Assembly (NCBI GenBank): GCA_963665115.1
Contig: OY762007.1
Location: 6,816,001 to 6,880,000, forward strand
Length of the DNA: 64,000 nt
Source: an uncultured Rivularia sp.
GTDB lineage: Bacteria; Cyanobacteriota; Cyanobacteriia; Cyanobacteriales; Nostocaceae
Direction of reading: 5' to 3'
Part shown: piece after piece, positions 21,769-33,167 of the stretch
How the letters are laid out: every line of letters begins with the position of its first letter
Position numbering within the stretch: the first letter of the stretch is position 1
The notes under the pieces: model-generated
Told to the model about the DNA's origin: nothing
The model's input: the letters and a program-made list of their open reading frames with translations, nothing else
Databases searched by the model: none
Position numbers and translations under genes: made by a program

Positions 21769-23634
21769 ATGAGAGAAACAGTCCTAGACGTTCGCAATTT
21801 GCAAGTTGAATTCTCTGATGATGGCAACGTTGTCAAAGCAGTAAACGGAATTTCTTTTCAATTACATAGAGGAGAGACTTTAGGAATAGTAGGGGAGTCG
21901 GGGAGTGGAAAATCAGTCACATCCCTTGCAACAATGGGTTTGTTGCAAAATCCCGGAAAAATTAGTGGTGGTGAAGTTTGGTTTCGTCCCCAAGAAAACG
22001 GCGAAGCATTGAACTTAGTAGAGCTACCAGCGAAAGAAATGCAGCTTTACCGGGGTGGCGACATTGCCATGATATTTCAAGAACCAATGACTTCCTTGAA
22101 CCCGGTTTATAACATTGGTTTTCAATTAACAGAAGCAATTTTACGACATCAGAATATTTCTAGTGCAGAAGCTCGTCAAAAAGCAATCGATAGTTTGGTG
22201 GAAGTTAAACTTCTTCCCGACGACGAGCAAATTCGTCAAAATTTAATTGAAACATCGCCAAAAGCTTTAGACGAACAACAGCTCGCTCAGCTAGTAAAAC
22301 AACATAAAGAAGCAATATTAGAACGCTTTCCCCATCAACTTTCCGGGGGACAGTTGCAGCGGGTAATGATTGCAATGGCAATTTCTTGCAACCCACTATT
22401 ACTAATCGCTGATGAACCTACAACCGCTTTAGACGTTACCGTACAGGCAACAATTATCGATTTGCTGGGAGAATTGCAGCAGAAGCGCGACATGGCGATG
22501 ATTTTTATTACCCATGACTTGGGATTGATTGCAGAAATCGCCGATAAAGTAGCGGTAATGTATAAAGGTGAAGTAGTCGAACAAGGTGACGCAGCGCAAA
22601 TATTTACAAATCCCCAACATCCTTATACCAAAGGCTTGCTCGCTTGTCGTCCGACTTTAGACCGTCATCCTCAAAAGTTGCTGACAGTTTCTGACTACAT
22701 GAGCGTAGAAGAAACACCCACTGGAGAGGTAGTAATTAAAGCAAAACAACCAGATGAACCTGTAGAAGTAACTTCCGCTGACATTGCTCAAAGATTAGCA
22801 ACATTAGAACAACAACAACCACTTTTGCAAATTCGTAACTTGCAGGTTGGTTATCCCGTAAAGGGAATGTTCGGTGGTACAAAGCGTCATTTTATGGCGG
22901 TAAAGAATGTTTCCTTCGAGGTAAAAAAAGGAGAAACCTTGGGATTGGTAGGAGAATCTGGTTGCGGTAAAACGACTCTTGGTAGAAGTTTACTGCGATT
23001 GGTAGAACCTTTAAGCGGTCAAATACTTTTTGAAGGAAGAGACATTACCAAACTCAAAGGAAAAACCTTACAAAAACTGCGTAGAGAAATGCAGATTATC
23101 TTTCAAAATCCTTTTAGCGCTTTGGATTCGCGCATGAAGGTAGGTGATGCAGTTATGGAACCTTTGGTAATTCACTCTATCGGTAAAACAAAAAAAGACC
23201 GACAACAACGCGCAGTTTACTTGTTAGAAAGAGTAGGGTTGGATGCTGATGCAATGAACCGCTATCCGCACCAATTTTCAGGAGGGCAGCGTCAACGGGT
23301 TTGTATTGCTCGTTCTTTAGCCTTGAATCCCAAGTTTATTATTTGTGATGAATCGGTTTCCGCTTTAGACGTATCTGTACAAGCGCAAGTACTTAATCTG
23401 CTTAAAGAGTTACAAGAAGAATTCGGATTAACCTACATCTTTATTTCCCACGATTTGAGCGTAGTTAAATTTATCAGCGATAGAATTTTGGTGATGAATC
23501 GCGGTGAAATAGTAGAAAGTGGTAACGCGCAGGAAATTTACCGCCAACCAAAAGAAGAATATACTCAAAAATTAATTGCATCTATTCCTACAGGTAGTCC
23601 AGAAAGGATGCGGAATCAATCAGTTACCAGTTAA
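21769..23634 (+). CDS. Peptide/nickel ABC transporter ATP-binding protein (duplicated ATPase)
   Basis: Two Walker A ([16 protein letters not shown]), two SGGQ signatures and HPYT motif. Confidence 0.94.
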   Translation: MRETVLDVRNLQVEFSDDGNVVKAVNGISFQLHRGETLGIVGESGSGKSVTSLATMGLLQNPGKISGGEVWFRPQENGEALNLVELPAKEMQLYRGGDIAMIFQEPMTSLNPVYNIGFQLTEAILRHQNISSAEARQKAIDSLVEVKLLPDDEQIRQNLIETSPKALDEQQLAQLVKQHKEAILERFPHQLSGGQLQRVMIAMAISCNPLLLIADEPTTALDVTVQATIIDLLGELQQKRDMAMIFITHDLGLIAEIADKVAVMYKGEVVEQGDAAQIFTNPQHPYTKGLLACRPTLDRHPQKLLTVSDYMSVEETPTGEVVIKAKQPDEPVEVTSADIAQRLATLEQQQPLLQIRNLQVGYPVKGMFGGTKRHFMAVKNVSFEVKKGETLGLVGESGCGKTTLGRSLLRLVEPLSGQILFEGRDITKLKGKTLQKLRREMQIIFQNPFSALDSRMKVGDAVMEPLVIHSIGKTKKDRQQRAVYLLERVGLDADAMNRYPHQFSGGQRQRVCIARSLALNPKFIICDESVSALDVSVQAQVLNLLKELQEEFGLTYIFISHDLSVVKFISDRILVMNRGEIVESGNAQEIYRQPKEEYTQKLIASIPTGSPERMRNQSVTS

Positions 23635-24026
23635 CAGTTAACAGTTAGGAGTTAGGAACTAGGAATTTTTTAACTTTTAGCTTTTGACCTTTGACTTTTG
23701 ATCTTATATATTAACCTCTCTTTTGGCAGATAGAAATGATGAAAATGTAAACCCAAAGAGTGATGAATCATCAAAATAAATAGGAGAGACTGTGAAGAGA
23801 AAATTAGTCAAAAAACCTGTCGAATTAATCAGTTATTTGTAGCTAGTCATAACCGCATATAAAAATGTCGGATTATAACAACAGTTGGCTGTTTTAACCA
23901 GATAATTAGCCTTTTTTGGTTGATTGTTAAGGGGCATATTCATCACAAATTACCAATTGCTGAATTATTTTGACGGGATTAAAACCTAATTTTGATAGAT
24001 AATTTTTGGTTAGACGAGGAGAAAAC

Positions 24027-24717
24027 ATGGTAGATAGAAAATATAAGCGTGCAGTTGGTACATTTGCAAGCCGTGGAGATGCGGAAAAAGCGCTTTACAA
24101 ACTCAGAGATTCTGGCTTTTCTATGGACAGAGTTTCTCTGTTGGCAAAAAATGCAGACGGTAACGATCAAATTGCTGGTGCCGACGTAAACAGCGAAACC
24201 TAGCGGAAATGAAGCTCAAGAAGGTGCTGGAATTGGTGCTACCACTGGTTCTGTTTTAGGTGGTTTGGGCGGTTTACTTGTAGGTTTGGAATCATTATTA
24301 ATTCCTGGAGTTGGTCCTTTCCTTGCAGCAGGTACTATCGCAACAACCTTGGCTGGTGCTGGATTGGGTGCTTTGTCGGGTGGTATTATTGGTGGTTTGA
24401 CTGGTATGGGTATTCCCGAAGAGGATGCCAAAGCTTACGGTGATAGCATTGATAACGGTTATTACTTGATAATAGTAGACGGTTACGAAGATGAAATAGA
24501 CCGTGCCAGTTCTGTTTTGAGCAGTCACAATATTGGTAATTGGAAAGTATTTGACGCAGAAGCTCCTAAAGGTGCGGTTGCTACCGCTCCAGCAACTCCT
24601 GTTGCTCCTGCTGCTCCTGCTACTCCCGTTGTTGAAAAAGAAGTTGTTGATAGAAAAACTGTAGTCGATCGCGATGTGGTAGAAATTGTTGATAAAAGAG
24701 ACGAGACTCTTCGCTAA
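24027..24717 (+). CDS. General stress protein (YflT-like, Gly-zipper membrane protein; +1 frameshift ~24197)
   Basis: RAVGTF.SR.DAEKAL..LRDSGF, then GAGIGATTG...IPGVGP...G.GIPEEDAKAY. Deleting one base at GAAACC joins the frames. Confidence 0.82.
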
Positions 24718-24770
24718 TTGATTTAACTAAAGTAAATTTGTTTGAACCCGGTTTTTTTAAAGCCGGGTTT

Positions 24771-24974
24771 TTAGCCGTCTGGAAATTGCCAGCAGGAAAT
24801 TCGTTCAACATTATTGCTACGGCAGTTATTACAAATTGCATCAAAGGATGAATCAACCCACTCGTTATTGCAACTCCGACAATGACAAAAAATATTATTG
24901 CGGTTGGCAACTTTTATCTTTTCCTGCCATTGAAAAATAATAGACTTGTTTTCCTCGGATTTAAAATCAGACAT
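24771..24974 (-). CDS. Small Cys-rich (zinc-ribbon-like) conserved protein
   Basis: CHCRSC...C..C.S.NVERISCWQFPD. Confidence 0.75.
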   Translation of the reverse strand: MSDFKSEENKSIIFQWQEKIKVANRNNIFCHCRSCNNEWVDSSFDAICNNCRSNNVERISCWQFPDG

Positions 24975-25215
24975 ATTTAAAATTCACCTAAACAGGTTGG
25001 CGTTGAAAATCGTAATGATGACCATTTTTTGAATTCAAAATTACCATTACCTAAAGTCCAATCGCTTGAAGCGGGGTGTGGAATGCTTTGATATTTCTCT
25101 CCTTTTAAGGAGAGGTTTAGGTTTATATCCTTAATTTTGAATTTTGCATCTTGAATTTTGCATTCATAAATGGTCATAAATTTGTTAGACTAACGCCATC
25201 TATAGCTATAAATTG

Positions 25216-25785
25216 ATGAAAACACAAAGCCATATAGTAGTAATTACGGCTTCTGCTGGAGGGCTTAATGCGATTAGCGAAATTTTATCAAAATTACCAT
25301 CAAATTTTCCCGCACCTATTGCCATAGCACAACATTTAGATCCCAAGCGCCCTAGTATGATGGCAGAGATTTTGGATCGGCGATCGCCATTATCTGTAAA
25401 ACAAGCGCAAGCAGGAGATAAATTATATCCTGGTAAGGTTTACATCGCTCCACCCGATTTACATCTTTTAGTAAATCCGGATGGTTCTTTATCTTTATCT
25501 CACTCAGAAAAAGTGCATTTTGTTCGCCCTTCTGGTGATGTACTATTTAAGTCAGTTGCAGCTAGTTTCAAAGATAAATGTATTGCGGTTGTCTTAACTG
25601 GTATGGATGGAGATGGTGCTGCGGGAGTACAAGAAATCAAGAAGATGGGTGGTATCGTTATTGCTCAAGATAAAGCTACTTGCAAATATTCTAGTATGCC
25701 GGATTCAGCAATTCAAACCGGAGATGTAGATTTTATCGTACCTCTCGAATCTATTGCACGCTCTTTAATGTATTTAATCCTGTAA
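25216..25785 (+). CDS. cheB: Stand-alone CheB methylesterase (no receiver domain)
   Basis: ASAGG, AQH, RPS.DVLF, LTGMDGDGA.G and SSMP.SAI motifs. Confidence 0.9.
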   Translation: MKTQSHIVVITASAGGLNAISEILSKLPSNFPAPIAIAQHLDPKRPSMMAEILDRRSPLSVKQAQAGDKLYPGKVYIAPPDLHLLVNPDGSLSLSHSEKVHFVRPSGDVLFKSVAASFKDKCIAVVLTGMDGDGAAGVQEIKKMGGIVIAQDKATCKYSSMPDSAIQTGDVDFIVPLESIARSLMYLIL

Positions 25786-26779
25786 TTTAGCAGGACTTAA
25801 TATCAATGGTTTATTAAATTTAGATTGAGGTTATCTTTGAAATACTGCTGTAGTTATGAAAATTTTTAATTCCAATCATAAGATATAGTAATGATTAATT
25901 TTGTATAAGATTTAATCGCCACATACAATTAAAGCATTCTATGTGGCTTTTTACTGGTTTGATAATAATAAAAATTTAGGTTATAGCCGTAGTTGGTGTG
26001 TTAAAAAACATTTTCAAAAACGGAGCAGCAATTTCTAGGTAGGAATTAATAATTAATATCAAGCATAAATGAGAATTCTCTTTGTATAGCTTCGGTTACA
26101 AAGTTTTTCTCAATATCATGCTGCATACTATGTATAAAATAAACGTAATAATAGAAATAATGCTTCTGAAGTGAGAAACTGCGCTAAAACTTTAGCTGAA
26201 AAGACACAAACAGCCTCTATACAAAGATTATAAGCTTAAAAAACAATATTTTTATTCATCCAGTCTGCTTTCTCTATTTACTACTTCCAGATCCAGCGTT
26301 CCCTCTTCTACGACTGCTTATTTAGTATAGCAAGTACGGCTACGGTCAAAATTTATAATCGAAAAGAATATGTCTAAAAGCGTACTTATTATTTATTTAT
26401 TAACAATCTGAAAAATGTCGCAGGGAAGACAGGATAGCTGAAAATTAAGAATAATTAATAAAGCAGATTTTTTATTGTATAATTAACATTCTAACTTCAT
26501 TTCAATATGATGCTCTGCATAAAAAATAGTATAAAGTAAAAAAAGATTAGACTCATTTCTCTAGGTAATTTTGTAAAAGTTTGCTTTTAGTTGCAATGTA
26601 AAACTGTATTTTGATATTTTAAAAATGGTAATTAATTGATAAAATTAACGCATATTACAGCAAGCATATAATTTGAGATTCCCGACTTATAAATAGAGCT
26701 AACCCCTGCCGTCCGTAGGGAAAATTGTATAAAAAATCAATCAGTTACCCGTAATTCTCTTATTAATTACTTAAAACTA

Positions 26780-29386
26780 GTGACATCCGCAAATATTCTT
26801 CAACATTTGCAATCTACTAACTTGCTGAAAATGCGAACTGTGTCAGAAGTGATGCACAAGACGGTAATTTATGCATCTCCTACTGCTTCTTTACTTGAAA
26901 TCGCTCAGATGATGGCAGAGAATAAAATTAGTAGTATTGCGATCGCCCAAAAAGGATTGGTAGGAGTAGGAAGAGCAGTTTATCCCATCGGAATCATTAC
27001 AGAACGGGATATAGTGCGATTTCAAGCTTTAAAAGTGGATTTAGATCGGATTAAAGCAGAAAAGGTCATAACTGCTCCTTTATTTTGCCTTTATCCAACT
27101 GATTCGCTATGGAAGGCTCATTTGGAAATGCAGCGCAGAAATTTGCGGCAATTGATAGTACTCGGAGATGAAGCTGAATTAGTCGGAATTGTGACTCAAA
27201 GCGGTTTGTTAGAAGTATTCGATGCTGTAGAAATCACTTTACCCAGCACAAGTTTAGAGCAATACTCAGAAGAAAAAACAGCTCGCTTAAGACGTGTAAA
27301 CCAACAGTTGCAAAACGAAATTAGTCAAGGGGAACAAAGACAAAAATTATCTTCTCAAGCTTCGATTGAATTAGAAAAACAAGTTGCACAAAGAGCTGCC
27401 GAGCTGATCCAAATCAACCGAGAATTAAGCACGAGTCTTGAAGAACAAGCTGTTTTTGAGCAGGAATTGCGCCAGCAAAACGAAGAATTATCTATAGCAA
27501 CTGAAAATGCTAGGTTAGCGCAACAGCGTTATGAGGATTTATTCGAGTTTGCGCCGGATGCATATTTAGTTACTGACGTAAATGGAATTATTCAAGAAGC
27601 TAATCGTGCGGCAAAGAAGTTATTTTGCTCGCCCCATAAATATCTTATAGGTAAACCAATATTTGTTTTTATTGCAGAGTCGGATCGCCGCAGCTTTCGT
27701 ACCCAAGTAAACTTACTACAGCCGGTACAGGATTGGGAATGTTGCATAAGTCTGACGAAAGTCAAGCCTTTTAACGTCGCAATTACCATGACCAGCGTCT
27801 ATGACTTTCAAGGTAAACTGGTGGGTAAGCGGTTGATGATTCGCGAAATCGGCGAACGCGGGCAGAAACAAAATAATATTCAACAGCAAGCTGCTTTACT
27901 CGATATTACAACAGATGCAATTATGGTTTGCGATTTGGATAACCAGATATTGTTCTGGAATCGAGGCGCAGAAAATTTGTATGAATGGCTTGAAGAGGAA
28001 GCTAAAAGTCAGAATATTCAAGAACTTTTACATCAAGATATTTCTTCTCAATTTGAATCGGCTTTTTTTAGAGTCTTGCAAGAAAACTCCTGGCAGGGTG
28101 AATTGCAACAAATTACAAAAAACGGTAAACAGATAGTTAGCTATAGCCGTTGGACTTTGATACGCGACGAACAAAGTCAGCCAAAATCAATATTGATAGT
28201 CAACACTGACATCACCCAGAAAAAACAACTCGAAGCCCAATACTATCGAGCGCAACGTTTGGAAAGCCTGGGAACCTTAGCCAGCGGTATTGCTCACGAC
28301 TTGAATAATATACTGACTCCGATTCTTACAGGTACTCAACTACTGCAACTTAAACTCCCCCATCTAGAAGAGCGAAATAAATTTCTCCTCAAAATGGTTG
28401 AAGATAACTGCAAGCGCGGTGCCCAACTTGTCAAGCAAATTACATCTTTTGCCAAGGGAGTAGAAGGCGATCGCATTCCCATACAGCTAGCACACCTGAT
28501 AAATGAAGTTAACCGGATTATCGAAAGTTCATTTCCTAAATCAATTGAATTTAGTAGCAAAATATTAACTGAACTTTGGACAGTAGAAGCGCAACCAACC
28601 CAGATACATCAATTGTTAATGAATTTATGTATTAATGCTCGCGATGCCATGCCGGAGGGAGGCAGCTTAACTATCAAAGCCGAAAATAAATTTATCGATG
28701 AAAACTATATCAGCATCAATCCGGAAGCAAAAGTAGGTAATTATGTAGCGATAACCATTGCCGATACTGGATGTGGCATATCGCAAGAGATATTAGAGCG
28801 AATTTTTGAACCGTTTTTTACCACAAAGCAAGCAGGAAAAGGTACGGGATTGGGACTTTCTACAACCATTGGCATCGTCAAAAGCCACGATGGTTTTATC
28901 AATGTTTCCAGTCAAGTCAATAAAGGCAGTAAATTTGAAGTATATTTACCAGCTAACAACCACAGTCAAGAACTAAAAAAAACTTCTGATTCGCAGATAG
29001 AAGACGGCAACGGGGAATTGATTGTAGTGGTAGACGACGAAGAATATATTCGAGAAATCACCAGAAATACCTTAGAATCCCACAACTACAAAGTATTCGC
29101 TGCTGGTGATGGCTTTGAAGCTTTTTCGTTTTACATTCAATACAAAAATCAAGTTAGCTTAGTTGTAATCGATATACAAATGCCTTCTATAGATGGCTTC
29201 AGAGTTATTAAAGTTTTGCAACGAATGAATCCCGATGTCAAAATTATTGCTATCAGCGGACTTGGTTCCAATCGTCAGCGAATAGATGCAAACGGCATCG
29301 AAGTAGAAGGATTTTTATCCAAGCCTTATACGCTAGGGGAATTATTAGAAGTAATAAAAAATGTTTTAACTGGGAACAAGGGATAG
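26780..29386 (+). CDS. Hybrid histidine kinase (CBS pair - coiled coil - PAS - PAS - HisKA - HATPase - receiver)
   Basis: GIITERDIV (CBS), GIAHDLNNIL, NLCINARDAMP.GG, FFTTK..GKGTGLGL, VVDDEE...DIQMP. Confidence 0.93.
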   Translation: MTSANILQHLQSTNLLKMRTVSEVMHKTVIYASPTASLLEIAQMMAENKISSIAIAQKGLVGVGRAVYPIGIITERDIVRFQALKVDLDRIKAEKVITAPLFCLYPTDSLWKAHLEMQRRNLRQLIVLGDEAELVGIVTQSGLLEVFDAVEITLPSTSLEQYSEEKTARLRRVNQQLQNEISQGEQRQKLSSQASIELEKQVAQRAAELIQINRELSTSLEEQAVFEQELRQQNEELSIATENARLAQQRYEDLFEFAPDAYLVTDVNGIIQEANRAAKKLFCSPHKYLIGKPIFVFIAESDRRSFRTQVNLLQPVQDWECCISLTKVKPFNVAITMTSVYDFQGKLVGKRLMIREIGERGQKQNNIQQQAALLDITTDAIMVCDLDNQILFWNRGAENLYEWLEEEAKSQNIQELLHQDISSQFESAFFRVLQENSWQGELQQITKNGKQIVSYSRWTLIRDEQSQPKSILIVNTDITQKKQLEAQYYRAQRLESLGTLASGIAHDLNNILTPILTGTQLLQLKLPHLEERNKFLLKMVEDNCKRGAQLVKQITSFAKGVEGDRIPIQLAHLINEVNRIIESSFPKSIEFSSKILTELWTVEAQPTQIHQLLMNLCINARDAMPEGGSLTIKAENKFIDENYISINPEAKVGNYVAITIADTGCGISQEILERIFEPFFTTKQAGKGTGLGLSTTIGIVKSHDGFINVSSQVNKGSKFEVYLPANNHSQELKKTSDSQIEDGNGELIVVVDDEEYIREITRNTLESHNYKVFAAGDGFEAFSFYIQYKNQVSLVVIDIQMPSIDGFRVIKVLQRMNPDVKIIAISGLGSNRQRIDANGIEVEGFLSKPYTLGELLEVIKNVLTGNKG

Positions 29387-29635
29387 GGGGGGACAAGGGG
29401 ACATTATTAAAGTAGTGAGTAGTGAGTAGTGAGTAATAAGTAATGAGTAACAAGTAAAAATAGACGGGCAGAAGTACCGACATTTATGACAATAATAAAA
29501 AAGTGATTTACTCCCTACTCTCTACTTCCTACTCCCAACTCCCAACTCCCAACTCCCAACTCCCTACTCTCTACTTCCTACTTCCTACTTCCTACTTCCA
29601 ACTCCCTACTCCCTACTCCCTACTCCCTACTCCCT
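29385..29635 (-). repeat. Dispersed composite repeat, copy 2 (inverted relative to 184-560)
   Basis: Same GGGGACATTATTAAAGTAGTGAG..., same ~55-bp core and TACTCCC array. Confidence 0.9.
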
Positions 29636-29650
29636 TAAGAGGTAATACAT

Positions 29651-30667
29651 ATCGAACAGCAAAAAAATATCATAGCGATTGGTACTTCGGCAGGTGGAGT
29701 AGAAGCGCTTTCTTTTTTAGTTAGTCATTTGCCGGAGGATTTGAATGCTGCTGTAATGATAGTTTTACACGTGCCTACTCACGCTACCAGCGTTTTGCCG
29801 AATATTCTTAAACGTGCCGGAAAATTACCAACCTGTCATCCTCGAGATAATCAAGAAATTTCTCCCGGTTGTATTTATATTGCTCCGCCAGACTATCATT
29901 TATTAGTCAAGCCGGGATATCTTAGCTTGGTGCGAGGGCCAAGAGAAAACAATCATCGTCCTGCAATCGATCCTTTGTTTCGTACTGCCGCACGGGCTTA
30001 CGGAAAGCGAGTAGTTGGAGTAGTGCTTACGGGGGTACTTGATGATGGTACTGCTGGATTACAGGCGATAAAAATGCGCGGTGGCGTAGCAATTGTGCAA
30101 AGCCTGGATGATGCTGTTTATCCGGGAATGCCGCGCAGTGCAATTGAAAATGTCGAAAATATTGATTATATTCTGCCTTTGTCGGAGATTCCTGCCGTTT
30201 TAGTAGGACTAGCTAATACGCCTATTGAAGCCGAAGCCGAAAATCCCGTTTCTCACAGGATGGAAATTGAAACTGATTTGGTGGATATGGATATGCAAAT
30301 TTTAAATAGCGACGATAGGGCGGGTAAACCTTCAACCTTTGGCTGTCCCGACTGCGGCGGTACTTTGTGGGAATTGGAACAAGCTAATTTGTTACGTTTT
30401 AGATGTCGCATCGGTCATGCTTACTCTTTGGAAAGCTTGCTAGCAAAGCAGTCTGACGCTTTAGAAGATGCATTATGGTTTGCTTTGCGGGCTTTGGAAG
30501 AAAAAGCTTCTTTATCAAGACGTATGGCAAAAAGAATGCGCGATCGCAATCAGAATTTAGCCGCACAACGATTGCAAGAACAGGCAGAAGACGCTGTTGC
30601 TCGCGCTAATGTGATCCGAGAAACTTTACTTATAGGAAAGACAATTCTCCTAGATAAACCAAAATGA
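29651..30667 (+). CDS. cheB: CheB methylesterase with C-terminal Cys/His (zinc-finger-like) and helical extension; probable ATC start
   Basis: In-frame IIAIGTSAGGVEAL catalytic-Ser motif lies upstream of the track's TTG (29729). AAGAGGT lies 7 nt before ATC 29651, with an in-frame stop at 29636. CPDCGG...CRIGH motif present. Confidence 0.85.
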   Translation: MEQQKNIIAIGTSAGGVEALSFLVSHLPEDLNAAVMIVLHVPTHATSVLPNILKRAGKLPTCHPRDNQEISPGCIYIAPPDYHLLVKPGYLSLVRGPRENNHRPAIDPLFRTAARAYGKRVVGVVLTGVLDDGTAGLQAIKMRGGVAIVQSLDDAVYPGMPRSAIENVENIDYILPLSEIPAVLVGLANTPIEAEAENPVSHRMEIETDLVDMDMQILNSDDRAGKPSTFGCPDCGGTLWELEQANLLRFRCRIGHAYSLESLLAKQSDALEDALWFALRALEEKASLSRRMAKRMRDRNQNLAAQRLQEQAEDAVARANVIRETLLIGKTILLDKPK

Positions 30668-31036
30668 TCTTATGCCCTTATCACGTACTTTCTCTTTCAC
30701 TTTATATCCTCTAATCGACCGCGTTTCTTCCGAATTAATAAAGACGGAAACTCGGTTTTTTAATGCTTCAAATTATTAGAATCAAATTATTATTATAAAT
30801 TATCAATAAATTGAGCGCTTACTTGCATAATTATTAACAAAAAAGGTTATTCAAAGGTTCTTCAGTAGTTGCTATCCTTATAGTAAGAATACTCCAAAAA
30901 ATTTTATTAGCGTTCCCATACTGCGGCTCAGCTTGTGCTGTTTTCTAATCTCTAACAGTTATGTGACTCCGCCGAGCTATCGCTAACATAAATAAAAACG
31001 GAGTTTTATAAAAAATTATCATAGGGAAATATTATA

Positions 31037-32885
31037 TTGAACAACACACCAGCAGACCCCGAATTAGAAAATTTATTACAATACATCAAAAGCAACCGTG
31101 GTTTTGATTTTATCGGCTACAAACGTGCCAGCTTAAGCCGTCGTATTCGCAAGCGGATGCAAACAGTTGCTGTAGATAATTTCAGCGAATACTTGGATTA
31201 TTTGGAGGTTCATCCCGACGAATTTGTTGAATTATTTAATACGGTTTTAATTAACGTTACCTCTTTCTTCCGAGAAACCTAAAGCTTGGGAATATATTGC
31301 TAATGAAATTATTCCGCAAATTATTCACAAACGAGAACTCGATAAACCAATTAGAATATGGAGTGCTGGATGTGCTTCCGGAGAAGAAACCTACACCATC
31401 GCGATTCTGTTAGCAGAGGCTTTGGGTATGGAAAAATATTCGCAGTGGGTGAAAGTATTTGCGACAGATGTGGATATGGAAGCACTCAGCTACGCTCGTC
31501 ATGCAAATTATAGCTTCAAAGAAATCCAGAATATTCCCTCAGAACTTGTAGAAAAGTATTTTGAACGCATAAACAATCATTTCAGCATTCAAAAAGAACT
31601 GCGTCGCGGGGTTATTTTTGGTCGTCACGATTTAGTACAGGATGCCCCTATATCTAGAATTAACTTGTTAGTATGTCGCAATACTTTAATGTATTTTAAT
31701 AGCGAAACCCAAAGCAAAATTCTTGATCGCTTTCATTTTGCATTAAATAGCAGTAGCTTCTTGTTTTTGGGTAAAGCTGAAATGTTGTTTAGTCGCAATC
31801 ATTTATTTTCAGCATTAGACTTAAGGCAACGAGTTTTTACCAAAGTTCCTAACGGTAACTTTCGACAAATGGTTATGGGAATGGGTTTCTCAGAGAATCA
31901 ACAGCAAGTTCCAGAGATAATCGATCGCAACCACATTTATGAAGCAGCATTTGAAATAGATCCGGTTGCTCAAATAGTCGTAGATATTAAGGGTATGGTA
32001 ACATTAGCCAACCAACAAGCTCGTAGTATTTTTAACATTAACCTTAAAGATATCGGTCGTTTGTTGCAGGATTTAGAAATTTCCTATCGCCCTGTAGAAT
32101 TGCGATCGAGAATCGATCAAGTTTATAGCAATCGGAGTCAGATATCTTTAAAAGACATCGAATGGTTCAATCCAGATCGCGAAACCAATTATTTTCTTGA
32201 CGTACAGATTATACCGCTAACTCACGAAAATACTGCCGAACTGTTGGGAGTAAAAATAATCTTTAGCAACGTTACCCGCTTCAAACATTTACAACAAGAT
32301 TTAGTCAGCGCAAATCAGGAATTAGAAACAGCTTACGAGGAACTTCAATCGACTAACGAAGAATTAGAAACCACAAATGAAGAGTTGCAATCTACTGTGG
32401 AAGAACTAGAAACTACTAATGAAGAGTTGCAATCTACTAACGAAGAATTAGAGACAATGAACGAAGAGTTGCAATCGACTAACGAAGAATTGCAGACAAT
32501 GAACGAAGAAATGCGTCAAAGCGGGGATGAACTTAATCGGGTAAACAGCTTTTTAGAATCTATTTTGACCAGTTTACGTTCTGGAGTAGTAGTTGTAAGT
32601 CCAGAATTGCACGTTTTAATTTGGAACCGTAAAGCAGAAGATATGTGGGGATTGCGGTTTGACGAAGTTTTTTCACACCATTTCATGAGTTTAGATATCG
32701 GTTTACCCATAGAACAACTTAGACAACCTTTGCGAGCAATTCTTAATGCTGAGACAGTAAATTATGAATTAACATTAAGCGCAAGAAATCGTAGAGGTAA
32801 ATCAATTGAATGCAACATTATTTTAACCCCACTGAATAATTCAACATCGGATATTCAGGGAGTAATTTTATTAATGGAAGAATGA
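31037..32885 (+). CDS. cheR: CheR methyltransferase - PAS - coiled coil - PAS protein (+1 frameshift ~31276)
   Basis: GFDF.GYKR.SL.RR, INVTSFFR, RIWSAGCASGEETY, CRNTLMYF and (EELQSTNEELETTN)n. Confidence 0.9.
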
Positions 32886-33167
32886 TAATTAGAGCATTAA
32901 TATAATAGTTAGGAGTTAGGAGTTAGAATAAGAGATAATTGTTTTTTGCCCCTGTTCCTAGATCCGGCGTTACCTTTTACCTCTAATTCGACTATTTAAT
33001 ACTGCATAAAAAATACTGCTATAAATTAAAAAAAGAAGGTATCAATTTTATCATTAGGAATATAGAATTAGAGATTATATGGGTATAAAGGTAGATAACA
33101 ATTCTTCCCAAAATAGATAAGTTTAGAATTAGATATTAATATCAGCAGAATAAAACAGAGGTATTCG

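Noticed and set aside
25790..26779. 1-kb AT-rich gap as hidden gene or ncRNA
   Set aside because: No convincing ORF, repeat or recognisable RNA structure by eye.
32300..32510. 21-bp tandem repeat as a separate repeat element
   Set aside because: It is the coding heptad coiled coil of the CheR protein.
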